Shown in pieces: positions 62,920 to 64,000 of a DNA stretch of 64,000 bases. Made by a program: the position numbers and the translations under genes. The first letter of the stretch is position 1, and each line of letters begins with the position of its first letter. The notes beneath the pieces were generated by a model, which was not told the DNA's origin, searched no databases, and worked only from the letters and a program-made list of their open reading frames with translations. The stretch spans positions 37,129 to 101,128 of the forward strand of contig CALQYT010000002.1 of the NCBI GenBank assembly GCA_943348815.1. The letters run 5' to 3'. Source of the stretch: Candidatus Nomurabacteria bacterium (lineage in GTDB: Bacteria; Patescibacteriota; Minisyncoccia; Phycocordibacterales; SBAW01).

Positions 62920-64000
62920 ATGGCTGAGAAGTACGATCATGCAGCGATAGAAAAAAAGTGGCAGGAGCGTTGGGAAAAAAGCAACGCTTTTGCGGCGGAC
63001 GATACTTCTGCTGAACCTAAAAAATATGTACTCGACATGTTCCCGTACCCCTCGGGCGAGGGGCTCCATGTCGGCCACCCAAAGGGTTACATAGCTACTG
63101 ACATATACTCCCGCCATATGCGGATGAAAGGTCACAATGTTTTGCACCCGATGGGCTGGGATGCTTTTGGCTTGCCCGCCGAAAACTACGCGCTGAAAAA
63201 TAAAATTCATCCGCGAGTCGCGGTTGAACAAAACATTGCGACGTTTAAAGCACAATTGGCGCATATTGGGTTTGATTACGACTGGAGCCGTGAGATAAAC
63301 ACTACCGACCCGAGCTACTACAAATGGACACAGTGGATCTTTTTGCAACTGTTTAAAAAGGGTTTGGCTTTTCAATCTAACGAGCCTATTAATTGGTGCC
63401 CGTCTTGCATGACTGGTCTTGCGAATGAAGATTTGGACGGTGCAGCCTGCGAACGTTGCGGCACGGTCGTTGAGAAGAAAAAGCTCCCGCAGTGGGTGCT
63501 TAAAATTACCGCTTATGCCGACCGTATGCTTGCCGACTTGGATGCTTTGCAATGGCCGGAGCATATTAAAGAAGCGCAACGCAACTGGATAGGGAGGAGT
63601 GAGGGTATCAATATTACTTACGAAATTGTTGACTCTAATGAACGTGTAGTTTGTTTTACTACTACCCCGGTAAACTTCGGGGCAACGTTTATCGTACTCG
63701 CTCCGGAACATCCTCTCGTTTTCAAAATAACCACTAAAGATCAATCTGCAGCTGTTGTGGCATATGTTGAGCAAGCTCGAAGTAAAGATGCTATTGAGCG
63801 TGCAGCACAGAAAGAAAAAACAGGAGTATTTACGGGAGCCTATGCCCTTAATCATGTAACCGGAAAACAAATTCCAATTTGGGTTGCAGATTTTGCGTTA
63901 GCAGATGTCGGGACGGGAGCTGTACAAGGTTGCCCGGGCCATGACATGCGAGATTTTGAGTTTGCTAAGAAATATGGCATTGCAATTCCACGAGTGGTGG
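62920..64000 (+). CDS. leuS: leucine--tRNA ligase (3'-partial, missing from ORF track)
   Basis: manual translation: IEKKWQ..W, LDMFPYPSGEGLHVGH, PMGWDAFGLPAEN, YYKWTQW, QRNWIGRSEG. Confidence 0.96.
   Translation, partial: MAEKYDHAAIEKKWQERWEKSNAFAADDTSAEPKKYVLDMFPYPSGEGLHVGHPKGYIATDIYSRHMRMKGHNVLHPMGWDAFGLPAENYALKNKIHPRVAVEQNIATFKAQLAHIGFDYDWSREINTTDPSYYKWTQWIFLQLFKKGLAFQSNEPINWCPSCMTGLANEDLDGAACERCGTVVEKKKLPQWVLKITAYADRMLADLDALQWPEHIKEAQRNWIGRSEGINITYEIVDSNERVVCFTTTPVNFGATFIVLAPEHPLVFKITTKDQSAAVVAYVEQARSKDAIERAAQKEKTGVFTGAYALNHVTGKQIPIWVADFALADVGTGAVQGCPGHDMRDFEFAKKYGIAIPRVV

Noticed and set aside
62917-63870. 317-aa minus-strand ORF
   Set aside because: Antisense shadow of leuS, which runs off the window on the plus strand.

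Overview
This window looks like part of a Patescibacteria (CPR, Parcubacteria-like) chromosome using genetic code 11. That assignment is inferred from compact, shortened core proteins, few Shine-Dalgarno sites and many apparently leaderless genes. Core genes are ftsQ-like (partial), dus, dnaX, rarA, msrA, tgt, uvrB/uvrA/uvrC, ddl, ychF and leuS (partial). An energy region holds a CopC/CopD-type copper gene set, a complete cytochrome bo3 operon (cyoABCDE) and a streamlined F1Fo ATP synthase operon. There are six tRNAs, a frameshifted giant surface adhesin and an FAD oxidoreductase interrupted by a stop codon. The most striking signal is a set of miniature mobile DNA. All three ~80-90 aa stand-alone GIY-YIG nuclease genes sit at tRNA genes. 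One is a 306-bp element with terminal inverted repeats and a 4-bp target duplication that rebuilds the 5' end of tRNA-Ala(GGC). Two other tRNAs have duplicated 5' ends interrupted by hairpins. Several families of 15-30 bp palindromes and heptamer repeats are scattered through the window, often in frame inside core genes. A REP-associated tyrosine transposase with its REPs is also present. Many orphan promoter-ORF-terminator cassettes lie between core genes; some orphan ORFs carry toxin-like motifs (JAB, ADP-ribosyltransferase-like, L,D-transpeptidase-like). All calls come from reading motifs by eye; no database searches were run.
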